NCBI GenBank assembly: GCA_038749815.1
Contig: JBCDHQ010000001.1
Location: 2,925 to 66,924, forward strand
Direction: 5' to 3'
DNA: 64,000 nucleotides
Origin: Pseudomonadota bacterium
Lineage (GTDB): Bacteria; Pseudomonadota; Alphaproteobacteria; Rhodobacterales; Rhodobacteraceae
In this document: positions 41,580 to 53,275 of the stretch, piece after piece
How the letters are laid out: the number at the start of each line of letters is the position of its first letter
Position numbering within the stretch: position 1 is the first letter of the stretch
The notes under the pieces: generated by a model
The model's database searches: none
What the model was told of the DNA's origin: nothing
What the model saw: the letters and a program-made list of their open reading frames with translations, nothing else
Translations under genes and position numbers: made by a program

Positions 41580-42210
41580 CACATCCTTCAAGCCCCGCGC
41601 CAACCGCGATCGCATCCCTCGGGCCCGCGACACAATCACGAACTGGGGCTCATCCAGCGCAGTATCATTGCGCTGGGGATCTCGGACACCCGACCAAAAG
41701 ACCCGGGCTCTCTCGGCAAGGGGCCGAGCCCGCACGCCATCGAGGCCAGTCCGGTCCTCGGTGCCACGTTGAAGCCGCCGCGTCGGCAAACCAAAGAGGT
41801 CGTGCGCTGCTTGCTCCAGCTCCTGGCGCCCGCGTTGCCGGCGCCGGATCACGCGACACTGGTTCACCGGACCGTGGCTGCGGACCTGCAGGCGCCAGGA
41901 CAGGCAACATCCATGCGCACGACCTGACCGATGTCGGCGCGTGATCCGCGTCACCGGGACGCGCATCTCCGCAAACGCCGATGCGGCCATGGCGCGCAAA
42001 CTTGGCTCCACCGTCGGGAAGGAGACTGGCCGAGGCCAGCTCAACACCGCCGAGGCGGATGTGCTCGGGCCGGAAAGAGGACCCTGGCGATCATCATGGC
42101 AAACAGGGCCCTCCGAGGCGAACCTCAAGATGGTTCGTGCGAATCGACGCAAGGTAAGTGGGAGACGCGTGGCGTTCTGGAGCAATGACCAATGCGCGTT
42201 GCACATGTGC
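41580..42210 (+). mobile_element. Eroded IS5-family (IS903-group) transposase relic
   Basis: FKPRANRDRIPRARDTITNW, RQTKEVVRCLLQLLAPALPAPDHATLVHR and HRDAHLR fragments. Confidence 0.72.
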
Positions 42211-42372
42211 CTTACGGCGCGAGGCCGCTCCCCGTCGATCAGTCAATCGAAACATGCGGGAAGATCCTCGGTGCGCAGCGCCGCGCGGGGGGAGTTCGCT
42301 CTTGTGACACGCACGGATCTCGCTCCGGCATGCGCCCCCTTGGCCTGAGAATGGCGGCGGGCGCGCCTCCCC

Positions 42373-43062
42373 TCAAACCAGGATGTGCATCCGGTCCCCG
42401 CGCGAGACGGTCTCGGTCGCCAGAACTGGCGCGCCGGTCGCATCGACACTGCCGGTGACGAGGGCCAGCACGGGTTGCGTGGGTGTGATTTCGAGGATCA
42501 CCGTTTCATGTTGGGTGGGGCGGCGCGAGACGATCCGCGTGCCGGCGCGCCGAAAATCCGCGACGCCATGGGCGCTCAGCGCCGCGCGCACGCTGTCCAA
42601 GCGCTCGAGCGTCTCGATGATCCCGGGAAAGCGGCGGCCGTCGAAATAGTGTCGGACGACCTGCACCGCCGCGCCGTCCAAGCGCACCACGCGTTCGCCC
42701 GAGAGGATGTGCGCGGCGCCCGGCAGCTTCAACATCGGCGCCACTTCGGCCGGGATGCGCCGCAAAGCGCCCGCGATGCGCTCTGTCGACACGGCATAGC
42801 CTTGCGCGGCCGCATCGACGCGCAACCTCGGCCGATCGGTCAGCCGGTGCTGGCTCGCCTGATCCTGAACGAAAGCGCACTTGCCCTGCCAACTCACCAC
42901 AAGACCATCTTTCTTGAGCGCGTCGATCGCCCGCCGCACCGCGTGCCGCTTGACCCGAAACCGCGCGGCGAGCGCGTCCTGCGTGGGAAGCGGGCGACCC
43001 GGCCGCGCCGCACCCCGCCTGATGTCTTGACGCAATTCCGTATAGACGTGCTTCCAGGACAC
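42373..43062 (-). CDS. phnF: GntR/HutC (UTRA) regulator, PhnF-like
   Basis: LPTQDALAARFRVKRHAVRRAIDAL..GLV...QGK.AFV HTH; UTRA domain with HYF..RRFPG and GVADFRR. Confidence 0.8.
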   Translation of the reverse strand: MSWKHVYTELRQDIRRGAARPGRPLPTQDALAARFRVKRHAVRRAIDALKKDGLVVSWQGKCAFVQDQASQHRLTDRPRLRVDAAAQGYAVSTERIAGALRRIPAEVAPMLKLPGAAHILSGERVVRLDGAAVQVVRHYFDGRRFPGIIETLERLDSVRAALSAHGVADFRRAGTRIVSRRPTQHETVILEITPTQPVLALVTGSVDATGAPVLATETVSRGDRMHILV

Positions 43063-43158
43063 AATGACCCCCGCCCCCGCCTGAAACTGCCGCCTCGATA
43101 CCACCGCTGCGTGGATCTCCCGTGACAGTGGCGCAGGGTTTTTCGGGGAGGTCGCGCG

Positions 43159-44642
43159 TCAGAGGTGCGACAGACCGCCGGGGCCCGCCTCATATCCCGT
43201 CAGCGTGCGCTCGGCATGGGCGATCCGGTGCGACAGGAGCGCCGCGGCGGCCTCCGGCCGCGCGCCCGTGTTCGTCAGCTCCTGCGGGTCGGTTTGCAGA
43301 TCGTATCCGAGCGGCGGGAGCGCCGCGAAATGGGTGTATGCAGCACCCGCCCCCCGCCAGCAGGCGGCACCGCCCTCGTCAGGCTGCAAGCCGAGGGGCG
43401 TGCCGCCCTTGATGCGGCGCAGATCGAACTCCAGCATCACGCCCTGGCGCCAGGGCTCGGGCGTGTCCCCCCGCAGCCAGGGGACCAGCGAGCAGCCGTC
43501 GAGCGCACGGGGCAAAGGCTGGCCGAGCCAGTCGAGGATCGTCGGCATCAGATCGACGCTCTCGGTGAAGGCATCGACCGTCCGCGCGGCGCCGCCGGGC
43601 TCGGCCAGGATCAGCGGGATCCGGAAGCTGGCCTCGAAGGGCCCGCCTTGCCGAAGAGGTGGTGGTCGCCCAAAAGCTCGCCATGGTCCGAGGTGAAGAC
43701 GATCAGCGTCTCCTCCGTCTGGCCCGTCGCGTCGAGATGGTCGAGGATGCGCCCGATCTGGTGGTCGAGCTCGGCGATCATGCCGTAATAGGTGGCCATG
43801 GCCTGCGCGACGTCGAGATCCGAGAGATCGGCGATCAGGCCGGTGCCATGGGGAATGAAGCCCGGCACATCCGTCGTCTCAAGGAGATGAGCGATCAGCG
43901 GGTGCTCTGCCGCCTCGGCCCCTTTGGTGGCCGCGCGGCGCGGCGTGGGCATGTCCGCGGGGTCGAACATGTCGTGCCAGGGCGCAGGTGCGATGAACGG
44001 CGGGTGCGGGCGCATATAGGTGAGGAACATCAGCCAGTCGCGATCCTCGCGCACCGCCAGATGCTTCAGCGCCTGGTCGGTGTAGAACGCGTTGTCGGCG
44101 TCCGCCTCCGACAGCTGTGAGGGCGGCCAGCTGAGGCCCCGACCCGCCGGGATCTCGACAGGTGCCGGACGCCAGAGCGCGTCCATGTCGGCGACGTCAT
44201 AGCCCTTGGATTTCAGCTCGGCCCGGAACGTGTCCTGACTGGCGTGATAGGGCGCGAGCGGCTTGAACCCCGGCAGAACGTCGCCGGTGATCTGGAACCG
44301 CGGATCGGCCGGGTCAGTGCCGCGCGGGTCGGGCGTTGTGGTGGTGTAGCCGACGAGCAGCGGCTCCACCCCACCGCGGCGCGCGGCGAGGGCGAGGTTG
44401 TCGAAGCGATCGTCGAGCGGCGTCCCGTTGATCACCGAGCGGTGCGTCATTGCGTAGAGCCCGGTCAGAAACGACGCCCGCGACGGCCCACAGGGCACGG
44501 CCACGGTCCAATGGTTGCGAAAGACCGTGCCACGCGCGACCAATCGGTCGACATTCGGGGTCTTTGCCACGGTGCCGCCCAGGGCCGAGATCGCGTCCCA
44601 GCGCCACTGATCGGTGAAGAGGATCAGAACCTTACGCGGCAT
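43159..44642 (-). pseudogene. Alkaline-phosphatase-superfamily phosphonate monoester hydrolase/sulfatase-like gene; -1 frameshift near 43640
   Basis: TDQWR, CGPSR formylglycine motif, RPHPPF and TSDHGELLGDH; adding one C at GGCCCTTCGAG restores GPFEASFRIPLI and joins the C-terminal ORF ending at 43159. Confidence 0.82.
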
Positions 44643-45687
44643 GGGCGCCCCCGAGCCGCGCGCCTGTGCCGTCGAAGAAATGGAGATGCTCGGCCTGCGC
44701 GCCGACGCTCAGCCGCTCCCCCTGCGCGAGCCTCGGGTGGCCCGGCAGGCGCGCCTGCCACACTGTCTCGCCGTCGTTCAGGTGCACCAGCGTCTCGCCG
44801 CCCAAAGTCTCGACCAGCCGCACATCGCCTGCGACCGTCAGATCGCCGCCCTCGCCGGGGATCAGATGCTCGGGGCGCACGCCGATGCGCGCGGCCCCCG
44901 GCACGGGCGAGGCCAGATGCGCGGCGCCCAGGCGATAGCCGGCGCCATTTGACTGCGCCTCCTTCAGGTTCATCGCAGGGCTGCCGATGAACGCCGCGAC
45001 AAATGTGTTCGCGGGCCGCTCATAAAGCGTGATGGGATCGGCCACCTGCTGCACGCGCCCCTCATGCATCACGACGATGCGGTCGGCCATCGACATCGCC
45101 TCGACCTGGTCATGGGTCACGTAGACCGTCGTGACGCCAAGATCCGACTGCAGGTTGCGGATCTCGGCCCGGGCCGACACCCGCAATTGCGCATCGAGGT
45201 TCGACAAAGGCTCGTCGAACAGAAACACCGCCGGGTCGCGCACGATGGCGCGGCAGACGGCCACCCTCTGGCGCTGCCCGCCCGAGAGCTCCCGCGGGAG
45301 GCGGTCGAGCAGCGCGCCAAGCCCCATAATCCCGGCCGCATGGGCGATCTTCTCATCCTGGGCCGCCCGGTCGAGCCCCTGCATGCGCAGCGCAAACCCC
45401 ACATTGTCACGCACACTCATATGCGGGTAGAGCGCGTAGTTCTGGAACACCATCGCGATGTCGCGATCCCGCGCGCGCAAGCCGGTCACGTTCTGCCCGG
45501 CGATCCAGACCTCGCCCGCGCTCACCCGCTCAAGGCCCGCAATCATCCTGAGCGTCGTCGTCTTGCCGCAGCCCGACGGGCCCACGAGCGCCAGAAACTC
45601 GCCGTTCCGCACATCCAGATCGAAGGCGGCCACCGCGGTGACATCGCCGAAGAGCTTTTCCACCCGGCGCAGCGACACCTCACCCAT
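44632..45687 (-). CDS. CUT1 ABC transporter ATP-binding protein (UgpC/MalK-like)
   Basis: GPSGCGKTT, VFQNYALYPHM, LSGGQRQR, DEPLSNLDA, FIGSPAMN. Confidence 0.95.
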   Translation of the reverse strand: MGEVSLRRVEKLFGDVTAVAAFDLDVRNGEFLALVGPSGCGKTTTLRMIAGLERVSAGEVWIAGQNVTGLRARDRDIAMVFQNYALYPHMSVRDNVGFALRMQGLDRAAQDEKIAHAAGIMGLGALLDRLPRELSGGQRQRVAVCRAIVRDPAVFLFDEPLSNLDAQLRVSARAEIRNLQSDLGVTTVYVTHDQVEAMSMADRIVVMHEGRVQQVADPITLYERPANTFVAAFIGSPAMNLKEAQSNGAGYRLGAAHLASPVPGAARIGVRPEHLIPGEGGDLTVAGDVRLVETLGGETLVHLNDGETVWQARLPGHPRLAQGERLSVGAQAEHLHFFDGTGARLGGAHAA

Positions 45688-45690
45688 GGC

Positions 45691-46512
45691 TCACCCTTTC
45701 AGACCCGAGGACACGAAGGTTTCGAGCACCTGGCGCTGGAACGCGAAAAAGACCGCAAGCGAGGGCAGGCTGACCAGCACCACGCCCGCCATCAGGCGCC
45801 CGAAATCGTCCCCTGTCTCCTCGTTGAGGAATTTGCGGAGGCCGATCTGGAGGGTCTCCGACGCGAGGCTCTCCGAGATCAAAAGCGGCCAGAAATACTC
45901 GTTCCACGCCTCGATGAAGATCACGATGGTCAGCGCGCCAAGCGCCGGGCGCAGGTTCGGCAAAAGCACGAGCCAAAGCTGCTTGAGCGAGCCCGCACCG
46001 TCGATCTCAGCCGCATCGAACAGCTCCTTCGGGAAGGCCAGCATGTGCTGGCGGAGGAGGAAGATGCCCAGAGGCATCACCAGGTTCGGCACGATGATCC
46101 CAGTCCAGGTGTCGAACCACCCCAGGTTCGCGATCAGGATGTAGTTGGGGATCATCGTGAGCTGCGGCGGGATCATCATCGCGCCGAGCACGACAAAAAA
46201 GAGCGGCTCGCGGAACCGGAACTCATAGCGCGCGAAGGCGTAGGCCGTGATGACGCTGAAGACGAGCTGGCCCACGACGCGGAAAAACGTCGTCCCGGCG
46301 GAGTTCCACAGATAGGTCAGGAAATCCGCATCGGTCAGGATCGCCACATAGTTCGACAGCGTCGGGTTTTGCGGCCACGGATAGGGAGAGAAGATCTCGT
46401 TATAGGGTTTGAACGAGGTTCCGAGCACCAGCAGCATCGGCACGAGGATCGCCAGGCACGCCGCGATGCACAGCGTATGGGCCACCACGGCCCAGGGGCG
46501 CGTGAGGGTCAT
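45691..46512 (-). CDS. CUT1 ABC transporter permease (UgpE-like)
   Basis: IFLLRQHMLAFPKELFDAAEIDGAG EAA motif; WNEYFWPL. Confidence 0.93.
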   Translation of the reverse strand: MTLTRPWAVVAHTLCIAACLAILVPMLLVLGTSFKPYNEIFSPYPWPQNPTLSNYVAILTDADFLTYLWNSAGTTFFRVVGQLVFSVITAYAFARYEFRFREPLFFVVLGAMMIPPQLTMIPNYILIANLGWFDTWTGIIVPNLVMPLGIFLLRQHMLAFPKELFDAAEIDGAGSLKQLWLVLLPNLRPALGALTIVIFIEAWNEYFWPLLISESLASETLQIGLRKFLNEETGDDFGRLMAGVVLVSLPSLAVFFAFQRQVLETFVSSGLKG

Positions 46513-47444
46513 TGGTAGTGCACCCGCTTCTCAATCGCCTTGGCCTTCAGGAAGGTCACGATGATCAGGAGCGCAAACAGCATCACCGTGCCCGCCGACC
46601 CGAAGCCCACGTTGAAGGTCACGAAGGCATATTGATACACCATGTAGAAGAAATTGGTGGTCGAGTTCGACGGCCCGCCCTGGGTCAGCACATCGATGGG
46701 CGTGAAGACCTGATTGAGCGACAGGATCACAGTTGCGATGGCCACGAAGAAGGTGGTGGGCGTCAGAAGCGGCCAAACCAAATGCCGGAAGATCGCCCAA
46801 TCTCCGGCCCCGTCGATCTCCATCGCCTCGATGTAGTCGCGATTGATCGCGGCGAGGCCCGCCAGGTAGAGCAGCGTGTTGAACCCGATCACCTTCCAAG
46901 TGGAGAGGCCCAAAATCCCCCAGATCGCGAGATCGGCGTTGGTGAAGATCGGCGGCAACCGAAAGCCGTAGGGACGCCCGACCTCGGCGACGAACCCCAT
47001 GATCGGGTTCAACAGCCACGAGAACGCCAGCGCCACGACCACAAAGCTCAGAAGCGTCGGCAGGAACACGACCGTCTTGTAGAAATCCCCGATCCGTCTC
47101 GGCATGGTCCAGATGAACACCGCGATCGGGATCGGCAGCAGGACTTTCAGCGGAATGGACGCCGCGATGTAAATCAAGCTGTTCCAGGCCGCGTCCTGGA
47201 ACAGCGTCGAATGATAGATGCCGGAATAGTTCTCCAGACCCACCCAGGTCTTCGTTTCCTCAACGAAGTTCCAGTCAACGAAGCTGAGGTAAATCGTGTA
47301 GAGAAGCGGCCAGTACACGAAGACCCCCAAGAGTGTCAGCGCAGGTGTAAGATACACATACGGCAGCACTTGCTCCTCCCGGATCGCCCGAAGGCGGCGC
47401 AAGGGGCCCGGCCGTGGGGCGCTGACAGTCTCGAGGGGGACCAT
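46509..47444 (-). CDS. CUT1 ABC transporter permease (UgpA-like)
   Basis: VGLENY, YLAGLAAI..DYIEAMEIDGAG, TQGGP. Confidence 0.92.
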   Translation of the reverse strand: MVPLETVSAPRPGPLRRLRAIREEQVLPYVYLTPALTLLGVFVYWPLLYTIYLSFVDWNFVEETKTWVGLENYSGIYHSTLFQDAAWNSLIYIAASIPLKVLLPIPIAVFIWTMPRRIGDFYKTVVFLPTLLSFVVVALAFSWLLNPIMGFVAEVGRPYGFRLPPIFTNADLAIWGILGLSTWKVIGFNTLLYLAGLAAINRDYIEAMEIDGAGDWAIFRHLVWPLLTPTTFFVAIATVILSLNQVFTPIDVLTQGGPSNSTTNFFYMVYQYAFVTFNVGFGSAGTVMLFALLIIVTFLKAKAIEKRVHYQ

Positions 47445-47449
47445 CGGTC

Positions 47450-48688
47450 TCAGTTCGTGGCTTCTTCGAGGATGGCGTTCACCGCTCGCTCGGCCTCGGG
47501 CACCAGCTCTGCCGCCGTTCCTTCGTTGGCCCACAAGTCCTGCAGCAGGTTCGCCATCACCGTCTGCGCCTCGACCACGCGGTCGCCGGGCCAAAGGACG
47601 GTCGGCACGGTGTTCGACATCTGCTCGACCATAGCGGCGTAGAACGGGTTCTCATCGAGATAGGCCTGCGTTGCCGGATCGGCGAGAGGGTCGACGGCCA
47701 CGGGCATATACCCGGATTCGCGGCTCCAGCGGTTGGTGATCTCGGGTTGCGCCAGGAACGCCATCAGCTCGAACGCCGCCTCGATGCGGTCGGGCTCCTG
47801 CGCCAGCACCATGAGGCCGGAGCCCGAGTTCGGCACTTCGACCGGCTTGCCGGCGAAGGGCGGGAAGGGGTAGACGGCAAGGTCGAACCGGCCCTCGGAC
47901 GCGCGCATCGTCGAGCGGAGCGCCGCCGACGACGTCACCATCATGCCGAGCCGGCCGGCGTTGAACGCAGCGCCCGCATCCGAACCGCCGAGCTTCGGGA
48001 TCACACCTTCATTGGCGTAGTCCTGCCACATCTGCATGACCTCGATCCCTTCGGGCGTGTTGAACGCCGCCCGCTCGTCCAGGAGATAGGGGGAGCCATT
48101 GGCGCGCATGAAGGCCTGGTGGCCGTAGTCGAGCCCACCTTCGATCCAGTACATGCCCGGAAAGCCGCTCTCGCTCAGGATCGCGCTCGCGGCCTCCAAC
48201 GCCTCCTGCATGGTGGCGGGCTGGTGGTCCTTGGCGTAGCCCGCCTGCTCCAAGAGGTCGGTGTTGATGTAGAGAAGCGGCGTGCCGAAGGAGTGGGGCA
48301 TCATGTAGCGCTCGTCGCCCACATTCGCGACATCGACGAGGTTCGGCGCGATCTGATCCATGAAGGCGCCACCGTCGGACGCTTTCGAGAACGGCTGCGC
48401 GGCGCCGATGTTGATCACGCCGAGCGCGGTGCGCGCCAGCACTTGGCCCACGTCGAAGGGGCGCTGTGCGGCCGAGGCGGCCTGGATCTCCGACACCACG
48501 GTCTGGGCACCGGTGGTCGGCAGATCGGTGACCGAGATCCCGGGGTTCGCGGCCTCGAACTAGTCCAGGATCGCGCGCAGCGCAGGCTGGTTCCCGGATT
48601 GGTAGTGGATGAAGCGCAGCTCGATGTCGTCGGCCAGCACAGGCAGGGCGATCAGCGTGGCGGCGAGCGCCGTGGCGTATCTCAGCAT
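47450..48688 (-). pseudogene. CUT1 ABC substrate-binding protein (UgpB-like) with an in-frame TAG at codon 43
   Basis: Signal peptide MLRYATALAATLIALPVLA-DD; ...LRAILD*FEAANPG (TAG at 48560-48562); frame then continues unbroken to 47450; GAGGAG RBS. Confidence 0.85.
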
Positions 48689-48706
48689 TTCAGTCTCCTC
48701 TGGTGG

Positions 48707-49570
48707 TCATGGCGCCGAAACAGTGATCGGCGACGGCTCGGACAGGATGTTGGTGAGCCCCCCGCTCTCGGGGTCGAGCCAAGTGCGGATGTCCATTGTG
48801 ATCGCGTCGAGCACGGGCACGAAGCGCACCTCCGGCGTCTGCTCCAGGGTGACGGACTGGAGGCCCACCTCCATCCGTCCGTTCCGCCGCGACATCTTCT
48901 CGTGGCTGCAGACAAAGGCGGTCGAGGCGCCCCAGACCCGCGGGAAGCCCCGCTCGACCACTTTGAAGCGGTGCAGATGGCCCGAGAGATGCAAGAGGAC
49001 GCCGGCGTCGCGCGCCAGCGCCTCGATCTCTCGACTGTCGGCCTCCGGGATCGAATTCAGCGGCAGATCCGAGCCGTCTGTCTGCGAGTAAAGCGGCTTG
49101 TGCGTGACCAGCACAATGCGCCCGCCGGCGCCGAACGCCTCGCGCAGCATCTCCCATTGCTGGGCCTCCGCAGCGAGGCCCGTGCCGAAAAGCTGCGCAT
49201 TGAGGCCGACAAAGCGGATGCCCTCGATCTCCTGCACCCAGAAGTCGGGGCCGAAGACCTCACGCCAGACCGCGCAGCGCGCCTCGGTGCAGGGCTTTGG
49301 CTGCTTGCCAAGCCACTCGGCCGGCAACGGGTTGTCGCCGATGTCGTGATTGCCCGGCACGATGAGGTAGGGCAGGCCCAGCCGGTCCATCTCCTCCTTC
49401 GCAAAGCGCAGATCCTCAGCCCGATCGGGGTCCGAGATCGCGGCGTCGCCGGTGTGGATCACAAGGTCGGGCGCATGGGCCAGGAGTGCCTTGCGCGCCA
49501 TGCACCAGTTGAGCTGAAAAACCGGATGTGTCCCGCTCAGATGCGTGTCGGTGATATGGATGATTTTCAT
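48707..49570 (-). CDS. Metallophosphoesterase (CpdA/GpdQ-like phosphodiesterase)
   Basis: ITDTH, HTGD, PGNHD, THKP and SGHLH motifs. Confidence 0.9.
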   Translation of the reverse strand: MKIIHITDTHLSGTHPVFQLNWCMARKALLAHAPDLVIHTGDAAISDPDRAEDLRFAKEEMDRLGLPYLIVPGNHDIGDNPLPAEWLGKQPKPCTEARCAVWREVFGPDFWVQEIEGIRFVGLNAQLFGTGLAAEAQQWEMLREAFGAGGRIVLVTHKPLYSQTDGSDLPLNSIPEADSREIEALARDAGVLLHLSGHLHRFKVVERGFPRVWGASTAFVCSHEKMSRRNGRMEVGLQSVTLEQTPEVRFVPVLDAITMDIRTWLDPESGGLTNILSEPSPITVSAP

Positions 49571-50024
49571 GGCGCGTCCCCCGTCGCCGGGAAGCGTACG
49601 GGCCCCGTACGACACTTCTGTGTGGCCTGCCCCACGGCCCAAAATCCTTCACACCAACCCTCGAACTTGGCAGACAGGGCGCCGGAAAACCGACCCGAAC
49701 GGCCTCGCCCCCCGCACCGCGTCTCGGCGCGCTTGCTCAAACTGACGCATCCCGCTCCTTGGCCTGGCCCGCTGCGCCGGTCGCACGCTCAGGCCAGCCC
49801 GTGTTCAACGCCTCCGTCTCGTGGCAAGACAGGCGCGGTCGAGCCCATGAAGCCAAACGCCGAACCTCGTCGGGCGCGCGCCCCCAACGCCTCGGTTCGC
49901 GCCGCGGCTGCCCAGAGTTTCGAGCGGCTCCACTGCCGCCACTAGGTCGCGCTGTGCGGTGCCCTTCGACCACGGGATGGCATCTGCCTTGATCACTCCG
50001 GGCCGCGGCGGGCCGAACGGAGCA

Positions 50025-51575
50025 TCAGGCCGTGCGCTCATTGGCGCGGAAGGCGGAGATCAGCCGCTTTTTGTAGAGGCTTCGTGGGGTCTCGGTCACC
50101 GCGCGGGTCATGCCGATGTCCCGGATCTCGCCCGCGTCGAGCACCATCAGGCCATGGGCGAGGTCAGACACCAGGTGGGTGATGAAAACGCAGGCGATGC
50201 CCCACTGCGCCTGAAGCCGGCGCAGAAGGTCCAGCACGTGCGCTTGGATCGTGACATCGAGGGCCGAGGGGATCTCGTCGCAGAGCAGGATGTCCGGCCC
50301 GGCCGCCAGCGCCCGGGCAGTCAAGCGCGATGCTCTGCTGCGGCCCGCCCGAAAGCGGCCGGGGGCGGCGCGCCAGGACCTCAGGCCCGAGGTCGAGCTC
50401 CGCGAGGAGCCGCACCGCCTCCTCGCGCGCCGCCGCGGCCGTCTTGCCGAAGGAGAGGCGGAGCGTGATCTCCTCCACGCTGTGCGCCGGGTTGAGCGAG
50501 GACAGCGGATCCTGGACCACCATCTGCACGCGCCGTCGGTGCGTCTTGGTCCGCACTCTCGCGAGCCCCCGCGGGGTCGAGCCATCATAGAGTGCGATCC
50601 GCCCCCATGCCCCGCGACCGCCCCTGCGATCGGACCCGCGAGCGTCGACGTGCCCGACCCGCTTTCGCCCAGCGTCTCGCCCGGCGCCAGCGTGAACGAC
50701 ACATCGCTGAGCACGCGGCGCCCGATCTTGCGCCCGTCCCCCCCGGAGGTGCCTTAGGCGAAGGACACGCCCTCGACCGAGAGGAGCGCGCGACCCTCTG
50801 CGCCCGGCACCCGCGCCGCCCAGCCCCGGAATGGCGCTCACGAGCGTCCGCATGTACGCCTCGCGCGGGGTGTCGACGTTCGCGGTCGTCCCCTCCTCCA
50901 CGATCCGACCGTTGCGCATCACGCAGATCCGTTCGAACATCGCCGAGACGACGTTGAGGTCGTGGCTGACACAAACGTGCGTCGCGTCGAGATCGGCCTC
51001 AACCGTCCGCACCGACTCCGGCACCCGCGCCTCGACCGTCTGGTCGAGCGCGGTGGTCGGCTCATCCAGCACAATGAGCTCGGGCCGCGCGATCGGGGCC
51101 GCGGCGATCACCACGCGCTGGCGCTGACCGCCCGAAATCTCGTGCGGGCAGCGATGGAAGAGCGTGGGCGGATCCGGCAGGTCGGTCTCGGCCATCCGCG
51201 TGAGCGCGCGGGCCTTCGCGGCGCCCCGGTCGAGGCCCGCATGGAGCGTGAAGCTCGGTCAGCTGCGCGCCCACAATCATGTGCAGGGTCAGCGACGACA
51301 GCGGGTTCTGCGGCACCATCGCCGCGCGCCCGCCGCGGAAGCTGCGGAGCGCCTTCGGCGGCAGCGACAGCACATCCGCTCCGCCGACGCTCACCCCGCG
51401 CGCCCGGCCGGACGAAGCCCGGAAGCGCCCGCGCAATGGTCCACATGCCCGACCCGCTCTCGCCCACGATGCCGAGCGTGGCCCCCGGGTCGAGCGTGAA
51501 GGCCGCGCCATCGACCGCCACCCCCGCGCCGTCCTTGGAGACGATGCGCAGCCCTTGGACGGCGACATGCGCCAC
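50025..51575 (-). pseudogene. Decayed dipeptide/oligopeptide ABC ATPase(s) (DppD/DppF-like)
   Basis: GIVGESGSG, VPQNPLSSL, PHEISGGQRQR, LDEPTTALD, VQDPLSSLNP and LCDEIPSALDVTIQ motifs scattered over several frames. Confidence 0.85.
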
Positions 51576-52375
51576 CAGCCGGTCTCCAACGACGAGATGC
51601 CGTACGCGCGCGACGGACCGTCAACGGTGAAGTTGATCCCGATGATCATCGAGGACAGCGCGATCGACGGCAGGATCCGGACCCAAGGGTCGGTGAAGAC
51701 GACCACCATCGCCCCCTGCACCATGAGGCCCCAGCCCGGCACGGGCTGGCTGATCCCGAGACCCGGAAAGGACAACGCGCTGATCGTCAAGACAGTGGAC
51801 CAAATCCGAATGGCAAGCTCCCCCGCCAGAAGGCCGCGCAAGTCCGGCGCGATCTCCCGCAGCAGGATGAACGCCGGCGCCTCGCCGCAGAGCTCCGCCG
51901 CGCGCACACAGTCGAGCGCGGCCAGGGTCAGCGTCGTGGCCCGCACCCCGCGGACGACACCGGGCGTCTAGACCACGGCGACGAGGACCGACAGTGCCCA
52001 GAGGTCCTTGCCGACAGTCAGCACGAGAATGGCGATCACCATTAGCGCGGGCACCGACATGAGCGCGTCGGTGATGCGCATGACGGCATCGTCGATCCAG
52101 CCGCCGAACGAGCCCGCGATCAGGCCGAGCACCGTCCCCGCGATCGCTGCGGCGCACACGCCGACGGCCGAGACCAGACGGCCCGATCTGGTCGGTGCCC
52201 ATCCAGTGGTCGGCCGAGGGCTGTGTGAGCCCGTCGGTGACGATCTCGCGGATCGAGTGCGGCGCGACCAGCGCGAGGATCAGGCGCACGCCCACCGGCA
52301 CCTGCCCGATCACTGTCAGGTGGTGCCGAACCGGTTCTCCTGCCGCGGCAAGGCGTCGAGGGCGATCTCAGCCAT
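51572..52375 (-). pseudogene. Decayed peptide ABC permease (DppC-like)
   Basis: PSADHWMGTDQIG, GGWIDDAVMRITDALMS, in-frame TAG at 51968-51970, SALSFPGLG..PGWG. Confidence 0.82.
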
Positions 52376-53266
52376 GGGCCGTCCTCCGCACCCGCGGGTC
52401 GAGCGCCAGGACGCCGATATCCGCCAATAGATTGGCGACGATGACCGCAAAGGCGGCGACAAAGGCGATGGCCTGCACCGTCGGCACCTCGCGCTGCGCG
52501 ATGGCGCGGATCAGCTCGAGCCCGATGCTGGGACAGCGGAACGCCGCTTCGATCACCACCGTGTCCGAAATGATGCCCGCGCCGACCTGGGCTGTGCCGT
52601 TCAGCATCGGGATCAGCGCAACGGGCAGCGCGCAGGTGATCACCAGCCGCCATTCCGGCACGCCCGAGAGCCGGGCGCGCCCGACGACCTCGCTGTCGAG
52701 CGCCTCGATCATGCCCGCGCGCAAAAGCCGGAACTGAGAGGCGACGCCCGAGACGATCAGGGCCGCGACCGGCAGGACCGACACCGCAAGGATCCGATGC
52801 CAGGGCGCGCTCTCGGCCACCATCGGCACGGCAGGCGCGAGGCTCAGCGAGATTGCGATGACGATTATGAAGACAGGGCCGACCACGAAACCGGGCATCG
52901 AGTGCGCAAAGAGCGTCGTGCCCGACACCAGCCCGTCCGTGCGCCCGCCGGGCCGCATCGCGGCCCAGATCCCCAGTCCGATCGACACAAGCGGCGTCAG
53001 CATCGAGTTCAGCACCGGCTCCTGCGCCACGAACGTCACGCCGAACTCAAAGGTGACAAGGTCCCACAGCACGGATCCCGAAACGCTCGAGCAGTGGCTG
53101 GTCAAGCCCCAGCTCAGCGCGCATCCGCGCCAGATCCTCTGCGGTGGTGTGGATCAGCTCACCCGCCGGGAGTGTCGCGTCGCGCGCGTCACCCGGCAGG
53201 ATCTCGATGCCCACGAAGACGACCACCCGACAGCGCGAGCCGCCGCCCGATAAGGATGTGGCCCAT
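52368..53266 (-). pseudogene. Decayed peptide ABC permease (DppB-like)
   Basis: EILPGDA, MRAELGLDQPLLERF, RAGMIEALDS..ARLSG and VVIEAAF fragments with frameshifts and deletions. Confidence 0.8.
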
Positions 53267-53275
53267 GCAGCCGCC

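Noticed and set aside
49590-49640. Candidate Pho box upstream of the phosphoesterase operon (also half-sites near cpdB and phnF)
   Set aside because: Matches to CTGTCAT-N4-CTGTCAT are too weak to distinguish from chance
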